Source: Cladosporium halotolerans
Lineage: Eukaryota
Direction: 5' to 3'
NCBI RefSeq assembly: GCF_011745625.1
Contig: NW_027191516.1
Span: 1 to 49,783, forward strand
DNA: 49,783 nt
Positions 11,736 through 23,329 of the stretch are shown one piece after another. Position 1 is the stretch's first letter. Each line of letters starts with the position of its first letter. The notes below the pieces were generated by a model. The model saw nothing but the letters and a program-made list of their open reading frames with translations. It did not search any database and was not told the origin of the DNA. The position numbers and the translations under genes are program-made.

Positions 11736-12554
11736 CTACGCACACGGCATCTTGACCCTACTCTTGATTAACCACCAATTGATCGGTACGCCTGTCCAAT
11801 GACCCAGAAACATACCAATCTGCATCATCCACCAATACGTAACCGTAGGCATCTCCAACTCCCAGCTAAAAATCGCGATTTGAAAGATCGCCATCCAGCT
11901 AAACAGCCCAATCTCGAAGAATAACAGCGAAAGTGCATCAGCTTTGAGTGCTCGATAGACAATCTTAGGGCCATATTCGCCCGCCATAGGCGCGATTGAG
12001 AAGTACTGAAAGACGATGCCAAAAAGAAAGGCGAAGCCGAAGTCGACGAGCATCTCGGCCCAAAGAAGACGAGGAGGTGAGCCGAAGGCTGCATTTGTAC
12101 CATAGACGAGCCACTCGCCGACAATATCGCCCAGCACACAACCTGCGCCGCAATGGCAGACTCCCACTGTCACGGTCGCAAACATTGGGCGGCCGGAACC
12201 CTTTTGATGGTGCTCGTGTCCGCGTTGCTCTTCATTTCCTTCACCTTGCTTCATTTCGCCACGTGTTCCGCTGGTGTTGGCAGTCGGAGGTTGATGCGCT
12301 TCCTTGGTTCCAGTCTCGCCGTGATTTTGTGGTGGTGGCGGACGGCCATACTTGACGTACACCCACAACGTAATCGGCCACAGATACAGTGCATTGATGA
12401 CGTACACAGGAATCATAATGTACATCATTGACTGCCAGCCTCGTCGCCAGACAATGTCGAGTAAGATCCACGCGGATGCGATAGCGCCTAGGCCTATTGA
12501 AACTGAAGAGATTACGATAAGAGCCGTTGGCTGATTGTATTCTGACGAGGTCAT
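11736..12554 (-). CDS. DUF4396-family integral membrane protein
   Basis: Intact, intronless 272-aa ORF with multiple TM helices and a His-rich loop (GHEHHQK). Family-like motifs VCHCGAGCVLGDIVGEW, FQYFSIAPM, ALKADALSL and MQIGM..G..T..PINWWLIK. Confidence 0.75.
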   Translation of the reverse strand: MTSSEYNQPTALIVISSVSIGLGAIASAWILLDIVWRRGWQSMMYIMIPVYVINALYLWPITLWVYVKYGRPPPPQNHGETGTKEAHQPPTANTSGTRGEMKQGEGNEEQRGHEHHQKGSGRPMFATVTVGVCHCGAGCVLGDIVGEWLVYGTNAAFGSPPRLLWAEMLVDFGFAFLFGIVFQYFSIAPMAGEYGPKIVYRALKADALSLLFFEIGLFSWMAIFQIAIFSWELEMPTVTYWWMMQIGMFLGHWTGVPINWWLIKSRVKMPCA

Positions 12555-13564
12555 GGTACTGGTAGCGGAAACAAAGGACTAATTCTTCCAAAATACCAAG
12601 TCTGGTGAGAGGACACAATGGCCAATTTTCTCGCCATTATCCAGGGCCCGGACTTTCTTATATCAAGCTTGCTTAGCATCAAGAATACCCGAGGTCTTGC
12701 AGTTCTTACTGCTAAAACAACACTGACGTTGAGTGAACGTCATCTAAACGTAGAACGCACAAAAGACGCAGACTGCTGAACTTTAATTGGTGACGCCGTT
12801 TGTTAGTTGTCATTCCCTCCGCATATAATTTGTTGATTTAGCGCGGTTCACCAATCAGAAGTGCTATATTATGCGTTTCTGATTGATTGAGATGAGACTG
12901 ATTTGTATCCTACTCCTAGATCTAATCGTATATACTACTGATTGATAAAAAGAAGTACGTGAGAGCACCGTATTCGCAGTATCCGTTACTGAAAAACAAA
13001 CGAGGGAAAACGATTGATTTGTGGGCGTGGCACGACGAGGTTTGTGGAGAAAACTTGAAAGCATCTCGCTCGTTGGATCGAGAATAACACATGGTAACAT
13101 ATTCTGATCTCAGCATATAACTAATTCACGCACGGAGTCTACCGGAATTCATCGACCACACCTCTTGCTGGCATATCCATCGGATCCGACGGCTGAACAT
13201 GCTATTTCGCCAATCATGATTGGCAGCTTTCATGAATCTGTCCTAGCGTGACCAAACCCCCGCACACGCTCCTCCGTCATAGTAATTACCATCGTCCAAG
13301 CATGATCCCGTATCGAACGCGACAACCCGGTCTGACGAGTCCTCTGCGCCAAGGGAATGACGAGAGCACCCCGCTGACACGTTGGGCGTCATCGTGAGCT
13401 CAGCTCAGCTCTGCCATTTCAACATCCACTCAGAAAGTACAAGTAGGAGCTTGCGTTCTCACATGGACGGATTTAACATACCTTCACACGGAAAAGCCGA
13501 CCAATTTTTTTTTTTCATAGGCCTCTCAACAAACCAGGCACAAGTCAATCCCATTTCCAACAAG

Positions 13565-13782
13565 ATGGCAAGCTGCGAATGCAAGACCTGCTGTGGTGGC
13601 AACGGCTGTAATGGAAAGTGCGGATGCACTTCCTGCGGTGTATGTCACCATAACCCCTCTTTTATTATGTTTTACTGCCCGCTAAGAGCTACGTTGATGG
13701 CTGGCTACCTTGATGGAAGCGGCTGTCGGGGTTCAGTCTTCTCGAGTTCAGCTAGCTGATCATAACATCACAGTGCAAGTAA
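13565..13782 (+). CDS. Fungal metallothionein, 27 aa, two exons (MASCECKTCCGGNGCNGKCGCTSCGCK)
   Basis: Exon 1 is 13565-13639. Intron 13640-13773 has a GTATGT donor, GCTGAT branch and CAG acceptor. Exon 2 is 13774-13782 (TGC AAG TAA). There are 9 Cys in 27 aa in CxC, CC and CxxC patterns, rich in Gly/Ser/Lys, with no aromatics. Confidence 0.85.
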
Positions 13783-14129
13783 ACAAAGGCAATCAGACCT
13801 CCGCCTCTCATTGACTCCCAAATCACACCGTGGACGATATTTGAAGTGGAAATGCGCGAGCGCGGCCATTCAGGGAAGCTCGGGTTGATTGTGGATTCCA
13901 GTCTTGATGATCTAATCGGTGACCGTCCAATGAGACCACTGTTGGAATCCTCTGGCGCATCACGCGTATTTCGAATCCTATAATGATGTCATTCACTTTG
14001 ATTTGGATGTTCCAGAATATGTTCCAATCAATGCACGTGACTAAGCGCGTGCGAATGCAGCTTCTAGAGACGGTCGGGAAGATGATCCTGTCCACGGGTT
14101 CCAAAGGATGAACGCCAAGCGACTACCAA

Positions 14130-14900
14130 ATTCACGCTATTTGCCAACGGTGCCTTCCACTCAAGGATGTAGCAGGTGTCGTGTGGAAAGCAACCGTTCG
14201 CTGTAAGACAAAAACAACACCACTGGGAAAGCACCTGACTTCAGTCGATGCCGAATTATTTGCCATCAGTGCTATGGCGAGGAAAGCCGGCCCACTTTTG
14301 GAGAAAAGTGGACAACGAAGCGCGGACAATGTCAGTCTCGAAAAAATCCCTCAAGGAGATCTTGAAGGGCAGACTGTGGGTACAATCACTAGTCAAAGAT
14401 ATCCCCAGTCTCACAAGACGGTTTCGTTCCCAGCGCTACGGGCTCATGCGATCGTGGTTGCCCGGTGACGAGGGGATTGAGGGATGCAGACAGCAGAAGC
14501 TGCGGCGACACGAGCCGCGAGAGATGGCAGCATCGCAACCGCATGTCGTTTGATGCCTAAGAAGGACCGACGGGAGAAAATCCGCGACAGCGTGGTACCT
14601 GCACTGAAGTCGGGTCAGGCCGTGACGGGCGTACACCTGCTGATAACGTACAAAACACAAGATTTTGAGTGTTGGTATTGCAGCAACAGCAAACGAGGCG
14701 TTGCTCACGTCCCTCTCCAATGCCACACAAGGAGAAATGTGAGATGCCGTGTTGAAAGGGCTGAGATCTCAGAATATTTGCATTCCAGCAAGACAGGACG
14801 AGAGTGACCTACAATCTCTTTCCGGTGAAGGGGCCGTGGAAACGGTGCTGCACTTCGTTGAGAGCACAGCAGTTGCAACAGGAGAAGAGGGGACGATAGT
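14130..14900 (+). mobile_element. Degenerate LINE RNase H / C-terminal fragment (LINE C-like)
   Basis: Peptide remnants LGKHLTSVDAELFAI, LKSGQAVTGVHLL and CWYC..VAHVPLQC parallel LGNYITETDAALCAI, LKSGHAVTAAHLL and CWWC..VAHLLLEC in ORF 15755-17278. Confidence 0.75.
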
Positions 14901-15037
14901 ACACCAGATATAGGCCATGATTCAAGAAGACATAGTGAACCGAAAGTCTAGCTAACAGTAAATGAGACACTTAGCGGGGCGATCCCAATGCCGAATCGCA
15001 ACGCGCACGCATTTCGGCGAGTGGTTGAGTCGAACTG

Positions 15038-15457
15038 CTAGGCCCATTTGCCCAGCAGAGCTATCAAGCCAGCACCAAGTGATCTTGTCCCAGCAGCCGC
15101 TGTAAGCTCGTTGACAGAGGCCCACTGCATGGACACGTTGAATATGAGATCATGGGCCAGGCCATTAACTCCACAAGACCCTTGTGTACCAGAACGCTGG
15201 TAGAGTTCGAATGATTGATCATATGCATTAATGTCGTCTGACTCTCCGGAGAAAATGATCCGCGGACACCGACACCGACGGCGATAGCAGCTGGAGTGGA
15301 AATAGCGTATGCGAAGGCTAACCAATAGGGTGTCGATCTTTTCCTGTGAGGCCAGGAAATGGAAGCAAAACGGCTGCCGAGGCCTAGACCCTCGAATGTC
15401 TGGTGGAACGTCAGGACCAAGCATCATCGCGCCCTCGAATTCCTTTCTTTCCTTCAA
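15038..15457 (-). pseudogene. ZIP (Zrt1-like) zinc/iron transporter, C-terminal remnant
   Basis: FHQTFEGLGLGSR, AYAISTPAAIAVGVGVR, GLVELMA and terminal LGAGLIALLGKWA* are split over frames. The N-terminal half is absent. Confidence 0.85.
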
Positions 15458-15548
15458 TGAACTTCATCTTGTCATTAATAGCTTGTGTCATGCAACCTCC
15501 GCATTCCACCGGCTGGAATTTGTCCCGCTCAACCTTTAGGGCTCTTTG

Positions 15549-18500
15549 TTTTTTTTTAATCATACTGCATTCAAGCTATATAGCTTATGGCACGTCGGCA
15601 ATGTTCTCGACAATTTCTATGATCTCTACGTGTGCTCTCGCTTCGGTCTTCATCCGTAAAAACTTGCTCGCTGTCCCGACTTCACCAAGTCGCCACGGCT
15701 TTCGGGCTTTGCGCCCTCCTACTTTCCTGTCTTTATCACTCCTCATCTCTTACCTCACCCCCTTCCGTCCTCCAACATCCTATCTTCCTCATCTGCACTC
15801 CGATCCAAACGTTCGATATCCCACCAGTCATTCTTGTTCGCGTCTCCAGCCAGCTTCTTGCCCACTTCTGTGTTGTCAAGGAACTGGAGGACTTCCATAA
15901 TAGCATCACCTGCAAACAGTGTCTTCAGGTCTGCCTGATCTCGCCTTCCGCTGATCTCGACATTTCTCACGCGCAGTTTCCGCAGCATAGTGTCTCGCTG
16001 CCTTCGCCACTTCCGGCACTCCAGCAAGAGGTGAGCGACGGTTTGGCTGCTCCGGCCACACCACCAGCATCGTGCGTGTTGGACTTTGCCGATCCTTAGC
16101 AGGTGAGCCGCCGTGACCGCATGGCCAGACTTGAGCTGCAAGTATCGAGCTGCAACAGACTCCCTCGCGTCTTTGATGTGTTTGCTGATCTTGGTTGTTG
16201 GCTTCCACCTTTCCTTGATGGCTTGTTTCACGTACGACAGCGAGGCTGATCGCATGTCCTTGGGTTGCTGCTTTGCCGCTCGTTGTGCCATGGCGCGTGC
16301 TATCTTGTAGCCCTCTGCATCTTCGCAATTCGAAAGCCACGTCAAAACCACTCGGCCTCCTTCGTCTTCGACGCCGTGTGCGTGTCTTTTGATACCGGTG
16401 ATGACTGGTAACAACCACTGCTCGCTGCTTTGAATGGCGGTCAGTGCAGCCCGCGACTCCGTGGCAATCTCGGCGCGGCGGTGATCTGCCCTCGGGAGTA
16501 TCGAAATGAGGCTCTTCACACCCATGCCGATGGCGCACAACGCAGCATCGGTTTCTGTGATGTAATTGCCCAGCGATGACGTTTTGCTCTTCCACGCATA
16601 GCGTTCTCTCCATGCAATCCCCAGACCAACACTCACATCCTTAGTTGTGCTCACAAAAAGTGTCAGTTGTTGCTGATGGGCGGGATCCATTCTCTGCGGC
16701 ATCTGTGAGTAGCCTTGAGTCCGGATCACTAGGCTTGCTGCGGGCGAGTCCACCTTGCGGGGCAGCTCGAACCCATACTCGGTGTCGTAGCTGACGTGCC
16801 TCGCTACCTGCTGTGCAAGTCTGCTTACGAACGATCGGTGCGTCTTTTCCGGTCTCATCCAATCGATGCTTGACGGCTGGCCTGTCGCTCCTTCGTGGCG
16901 ATGAAGCTCGCCGAAACGGAAGTTGGCAGGCAGGAGCTGGTGCGATGGATGGTCTCCATTCGCGTTGAGCGCCCGCGCCGCGAACCTGGCCTGGCGGTGG
17001 TCGAGGAGGTCTTGGGCGGTGGGTAAGCACGACTCTGCCCGAAGGAAGACTCGAGGGGTTGATTTCAGCAGCCCCGTGATGGCCCTTGCTTGGCTGTTCA
17101 GCAACAACTGAACTTTATCCAACCGGTCCTTCTGGCCTCTCCACCAGATCTCTGACCCGTACAACGCCACGGAGGTGACTGCGGCCACGACCACTCTCCG
17201 CATCAAGTCGACCGACAAGCCGCCATTACTTCTACTGAGACTGGATACCCGCTGCAGGGCTCCTTTGGCGCTCGCCATCCTGTTTTCGAAGTGCGTTTTG
17301 AAGGACAGCTTCGAATCCAGCCAGAAGCCGAGCCATTTAGTCGCTTCTCGCTCAATGGTAAACGTCTGCCGTCCGATGCGGACGGCTGCAATCTTGTTGC
17401 TTGTAGAATCTTACGACGCCTGCTGAACACCAATACTTCGGTTTTGCTGACTTCTAAATCTACTTTGTTCTCCAAGCCCCATTGTATCGCATCTCTGGCG
17501 ATGTGCTCGAGCTTCCTGGTACCATCCTCCAAGTCCTCGCATTCTGTCACTAGCCCGATGTCGTCAACGAACGAGATGGCCTGGAGTCTCAGGTGTCTGT
17601 CTTCTAGCCACTGGAACATTGCGCTCACAGATAGGATGAACAGGACCGGCGATATTGGTGACCCTTGCGGCAGGCCAGCTTGGATGCTGCGGGTCTCGCC
17701 CGTCCTTCCGTCTATCACTAACATGGCCCGACGGTCTGACAAGAACGAGTCCACCCAGCGCACGATGTTGCCGGCTATGCCACTTTCTACCATCCGCCAG
17801 AGGAGCTTCTGCTTGTTGACCCGGTCAAACGCACCTTTGACATCTAGAAGTAATGCAAGTGCAACGCGCTTCTGACTCCATGCATTCTCGACTTTTGCGA
17901 CCAGCTGAGCCACAGCGTCTGATGTCGCTCTCCCCCGGCGGCAGCCGAACTGCCCCTGATGGAAGATTTCGTTTGTCTCACAGTAGGATGCGATCCAAGT
18001 CGCGACCGCCCTCTCCACCACTTTGCCAAGACAGTTGCGCAGGCTGATCACCCGATATGCTTTCGCGACGCTGTACGTGGGTTTGCCATGTTTGCGCAAC
18101 AGGATGCCTTTTGCGATTTTCCATGTGCAGGGTTGGAACCCTGTCCTTATGCACCCTTGTACAAGAGCTACCACACGATCTTCTGCCCATCGCCATAGGA
18201 GTCTCAGCACTTTGAAGCCGATCCCGTCTACACCGGGGGCTTTGTTGACCGACTGAGTGAACAGGGCTTCACGGACTTGTTTGACGCTCACGCCCGCACT
18301 CGTATCTGGGATCTGAATGTCCTCGTTGTCCACGACTTGGGGTGGGAACGCCTGCGCCATGAAGATCTCTTCCTTCTCCTCGGCTGTCGACGCAATCTTG
18401 TCCGGCTGGCCGTCAATGCTTGCTACCTGGATTGCCGGTGTGTGTGATGGCACCTGGGGTTTAGTATATCTGAGCGCTTGCCAGCATCTTGCGGGGTCAG

Positions 18501-21500
18501 ACGCCAATTTTGAGGTTTCGTCGATCGGGAAGACGCCCTCAAGAAAGCGCTCCCAAGCCAATCTCTTGGCTCTGCGAATGTAGGTGTAATAGTCGTTTCT
18601 TACCCGACGGTACTCGTCGAAGCTGATGCGGCCGTCATTGTGAGCACGTCTGGCGCTCCCAAACAGCCTTCTCTGCTGTCTGATCTCGTCCGTCCACCAG
18701 CGCTTGGACCGTGGTCTCGGCGCTCTACCAGCGGCATGTCTGTCCAGTACGGCTCGTATGCTGTCTTGGATCCATAGTGCTTCGGCTTCGAGTGCTGTCG
18801 GTGTTGTAGCCCATGCAACGATTGACGCCCTACCATCACTCAGCTCGAGCCAGTGTTTTCTTGCTGCTTCTAAGGCTTGCTCGTCTGCGCAGAGCCGATC
18901 GATATTCCACTTTTGTGTAGTGTTTATCTGCCTTTCCGAGACAGCTGCGTTGAGTGGTGCCCACTCAAACACGATTACCTCGTGGTCGGACGTTGTGGCC
19001 AGTGACTCGTCGATCTCCCATGTGACCAGTGCTCCGACCCTGCGGGTACTCAGGGTCAAGTCGATTATTGATCTATAGTTCTTCCCACATCTCGTGGGCT
19101 GGTGGTCGTTGTTGTTGATGATGAGCTCGCGCTTCTCGATCAATCGCTCCACCGTGCCCGCGTTCTGCCTACCTGCCACCCACGGGTCCCATAAGGGACT
19201 GCGAGCATTGAAGTCGCCTGCGAGTATGGTTCGGCCCTCGATAAGTCGTGACACATCTACGTGGTCTATCGTGTATCCGCCGTCTTGGACTCTAGCTTTG
19301 TTGTATACATTTATCAGCCTCGTCCTTCGGGCTTTCCTGCGGTTCACTGTCTCCCAGACATCCAGGCACTGAATATGCGGACTATCCACCAGATCAGTTC
19401 ACTCCTCAAATACATAGCAGTCTAGTGCGTCGTGTCGGATTGCTAGCGCCACCCTCGTCTCTCGCTTCGCACATTCCGGCCACCGTATCTGGAATCCCGG
19501 ATGGCCGATCACATATTTCTTTCCCACGTACGGCTCTTGTAGGCAAGCCACTTCGGCCCCTCGTTCCACGGCCGCCTCCAGTGCTGCTATCGTTGACACA
19601 GCCGTGCCGTTGCAGTTATGTTGTATCACTATCATCGTCAACGGACATGTGCGACGGGTCGCTGGAGCTGAGGATCTGGGTCGTCCTCGCGAACTGTTTG
19701 GTCCTTGGCCGGAGTTCCCTTGTTGGTCTGGGCGACGGTTGATCCCGGCGCAGTGGCTCTGGTGTGCTATTGTTCGAAGATATCGGGACCAGATGTGTTG
19801 GGGTGGTTTGGTCTGGGTCATGGTAGGCGTCACCTCCATTTCTGCCTGATCTCCCTGGATCGGGCAGTCGTCTTGTTCTGGTGCCGTCTCCATCGCCGGC
19901 GGGCTGCTGCGCACTTCGGTCACCTTCCGCTCGCGTGTCGGACGGCTCGATCTGCGCTCGGGACACCGTCGCGATGTTGCCGGGTGTGGTCCTCCGCAGT
20001 TCGCGCATTTCGCCGCGCGGTGCTCACATGGTCCTGATCTCTTGCTACAGCTTTCGGCGGTGCATTCGTGCTTGCTCCCTTCGTGCTCGCCTGCGCACAC
20101 GAAGCACTTTACTTCCTCGGTACACTGGCCGAAGTGGTCTCGGCCACAGCAGCGCATGCACATCCCGCCTTGCCCTCTTTCCCAGAATCTCTCTACCTCG
20201 TGACGTCTGCCACCGAAGGATAGCCCCTTTGCTAGGATTACATCCGCGGCCTTCTTGTTTTTCACAGTCAAGACCAGTGTCGATCTCTTGATGCTCCCGC
20301 TGTCGAAGCGCTCAGCCAACGTGTCCTCTTTGATCCATCGCGGCGCATCAGGCAGCTGTTCGCCTGTCATCAGTTCGATCTCCTCTCGAGCTACATCCAA
20401 ACCCCCTTCTGTCATGTAGCGATCCAGCGCAACGCCATGCACTCGCAGCTTGAGCCACCTCTCTGTCTTTTCCATGTAGGCGACCTCAGGGTCCAGCTTT
20501 TTCACAGCAGCCATCACCACCGGTGCGTAGTTTAGTAGTTCGTCCGCGCATGCATTTTCACTTATCACTCCGGTCAAGTTGCCTTTGTCTGTGTACGCCA
20601 TTTTGATCAATCTTACCGTCACGTGAGCTCTCGCGTGAGCGAGAGCTTTGTTGACGTCGAACATGATGTCTCTAGGGTCGCAGTTGTGCGAGCGTACATT
20701 TCTGACGAAAAGGACTCGCCGCTGACCGCGTGGGTGCTTTTTCAGCTGTTTCTTACTGTTTATGACCGTGGTCCATCCAGTTCCTGCTCCGGATTCTGTG
20801 ATATTGGCCCAGCTTGGCTGCATCACTTGCGCCGAATGTGGTCGTGTTTGTCTGTTGGGTGTCTGCGCTGTGCCTCTCAGGAAAGCACTGTTTTCTGGCG
20901 GAGTTGGGATCCCTTTTGTCTCCTGCCTTGTTGTCCGCAGCACTGCCATAACCGTATTCATGAGTTGCGTCAGTTGCAGTTGCCCTTTCTTAATTTCTTC
21001 CATCTCTGCTCGGAGAGATTGCACATCTTCCGAACAGCCTGCGACGGCATCGGGCCTCGTGGGGGCCTGTAGTGCTTTCGCAATGGCACTCTCGATCGCT
21101 CGTAGAAAAACATTCTCGTGGTCGCCTAGAGCCGAGCCCGCGTTTGCCTTTCTCTTCTTCGAGCTCACTGGCCCTGTGGCATGAGACTGCCGTTCTTCCC
21201 ATCTGTGCGATCCGCCTCCTCTGAAAACCGGAGTGGAAAATTGAAACTCGCTTCCGATTGGTCCGGGGGCTTCCCCGCGCGTTTCAGACCCTTGGATGTC
21301 ACTCGAGGATGTACCTCCGCCACCTTTACTGAGGGGTGACATGCCCGCCAGCAAGGCGCTGGAGATCTTGACCGTGTGCACTTGATCTGTTCGTTTTGCG
21401 CTTTCGAATGATGTAAACAACGGTCCTGTCCGTGACAAAGTCGAAGAGCGCCCTTTTCCCTTTAGGGCTCTCCGCTTCCTGAGTTCCGATGGTTGACGGT

Positions 21501-21560
21501 CAGGTCGTCGCTTACTCATCGATCCTTCTGGCGCAGACTATATCGGAGCATGTGGCGGCG
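15549..21560 (-). mobile_element. Near full-length Tad1-type LINE (LINE C) with several frameshifts
   Basis: ORF1 from 21519 has three Cys/His knuckles. ORF2 runs from MIVIQHNCN (~19637) through EN (LQEP, GDFNA, SDH), RT (QGSPISP, FVDD), an RNase H-like region and CCHC to 15755. A short A-run 3' end lies at ~15549-15557. Confidence 0.92.
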
Positions 21561-21607
21561 CACATGTTCTTTTTCCCAGGCGCATGGTATGATCCGGCTG
21601 AGCCATT

Positions 21608-22210
21608 TCAATTCGTTGACCTCGAGGTGTTAGTCACCAGGTGAGAAATGGGTCTCCATGCCTTCGCCAATGTGTAGTCGTCCTTGTTGGCTTTATTTAG
21701 TGGAACGATCTTTGTGATCTTCCGCTGTCGTAGTAGAGTCCCTGTGTCGAGGGAATTCTGGAAGAGATGCCGGACATTTTCTTTCACTGCCGGAAAAACT
21801 TGTATGGCTGCGAGTCTACCTTCACCAGCAGCTTTCCAAGGCTTCGTCTTCATCAGACAAGATTCAATCTCCTCCACGGCCAGCTCCGGCATGACCACAG
21901 GTTGTCTTTGCGGCCTTTCCACTTCATCTTCTATGTTTTCGGGCAGTGGCGGGAAAAGGTAGCAAGCAGCTGTTCGGCCTGCTCGGAATTGCTCGTAGTC
22001 AGTGACGCTTCTGCTTTTTGCAAAGGCGCGATCCGACCCCATCCAAGGCCCTTGTCGGGCTTAAGGTAGCGGGTCGCCTTCCAGATGTTGGTCAGTGCTT
22101 CACGACATTGCCGAATTTCACCAAATACCACTGGTCACCTTTGACGCGCGCACCATTCAAGCTCGGCGACAGCCGGCGAATGTGCTGCTTCGCTCTGTTG
22201 GCTTCGTCCT
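21608..22210 (-). mobile_element. Degenerate LINE D-family fragment (RT N-terminal)
   Basis: FPPLPENIEDE, KTKPWKAAGE and DDYTLAKAWRPIS are near-identical to the peptides at 48950-49400. Confidence 0.85.
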
Positions 22211-22354
22211 TGTCAGCGAAGACTATATTGATCCTGTCGCACACCGGCCAAGCTGTACATCGTTAGCTTTTTCTGTAATCTCGTTGACCTCAAGTCCCAG
22301 CACGTAGGCCATCTTTGATGCCCTCGTAGTTGTTATATGCACCCTCAAGCCCGC

Positions 22355-23014
22355 CGAGGTCCGAGCCTTTTATCGTGAGCCACCACGCGTCCATGCCGAC
22401 TACATCTGAACGCTGGGGGCACTTTACCGTCATACTCGGGACAAGCAAGCCCTTTGCCGTCGTACCCAGAACCGACGAGCAGTTCAACGTCGCGCTCAGG
22501 ACCAACGAACAGTTTACCGTCGTGCTCAGGACTATTCCCGTCGTGCTGAGGACTAAACCTCGGATCAAGTCACTGATCTAAAATCGCATTCGACTCCGCT
22601 AGAATTTCTGTAATGTGTTGCAGTATGTCGTTAGCCCGCTCGATTTTCCCCGTGTTTAGCAAGATGTCGACATCCGTCAGTCGCAGCCCGGAACCGAGTG
22701 CAGCTTGTAGACATGCTTTGGCTCTAAGCTCCGTTCTTGGTAAGCGAAGATCGGTCGGCCGGGCGGGAACAAGTTTCGTTTCGACTATTGTAGAGCGTGG
22801 CAGCAGCACAGATGCACTTCTGACACGTGTCAAACGTTCCGCGGCGGTATTGTAGGAAGCGCTTCTGATATATACGAGGCGCATATAGGATCCGGTCTGC
22901 TCCCCTCATGTCGCGCTTTAGGCGGCCTGACGGTGGTATTAAGCGGGTGAGCTTTCTTCGCCGGGCGTCGCGGGAGAGGGCGTCATCTTGCCGTTCTCGA
23001 AGGTAAAGTCGCAC
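22355..23014 (-). repeat. Dispersed repeat copy 2 with remnant ORF and ~30-bp minisatellite
   Basis: Homologous to 535-840 in opposite orientation. The ORF ends TDVDILLNTGKIERANDILQHITEILAESNAILDQ* at 22570, followed by five GTYCYSRGYRYGACG units (22420-22555). Confidence 0.7.
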
Positions 23015-23329
23015 CGACTGCTTGACCTTCTGCCGTCAGGCGGGAACGTCACGACCGGACTGTGTGCAGTTTTGAAACGTCCAGGTGGTCCTTGGTGAAG
23101 AACTTAAAGAACGAGTCCGTTTGCCAGTCGCGACTGCAGAGAGCTAAGACGCGCTCCGAGGAGAGTCCGCCCAGACAACTCGACTTTGGCCGACACTGGA
23201 CGAGGCACTGATTCCAATACGCTAGAGGATACCGCGAAAACCATTCTTGACGATGGACGCCCTACTTTAATCAAGGAAATGTTTTGGACCAGGCCTGTGG
23301 GCGATGCGACCTCATCGCCGATACTGGTG

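Noticed and set aside
12555..13564. Ace1/Mac1/Zap1-type metal-response sites in the divergent promoter
   Set aside because: Only scattered GCTG cores, and no convincing full consensus match by eye.
13382..13759. 125-aa ORF from the track
   Set aside because: It is a read-through of the 5' UTR, metallothionein exon 1 and the intron. The spliced 27-aa model is better supported.
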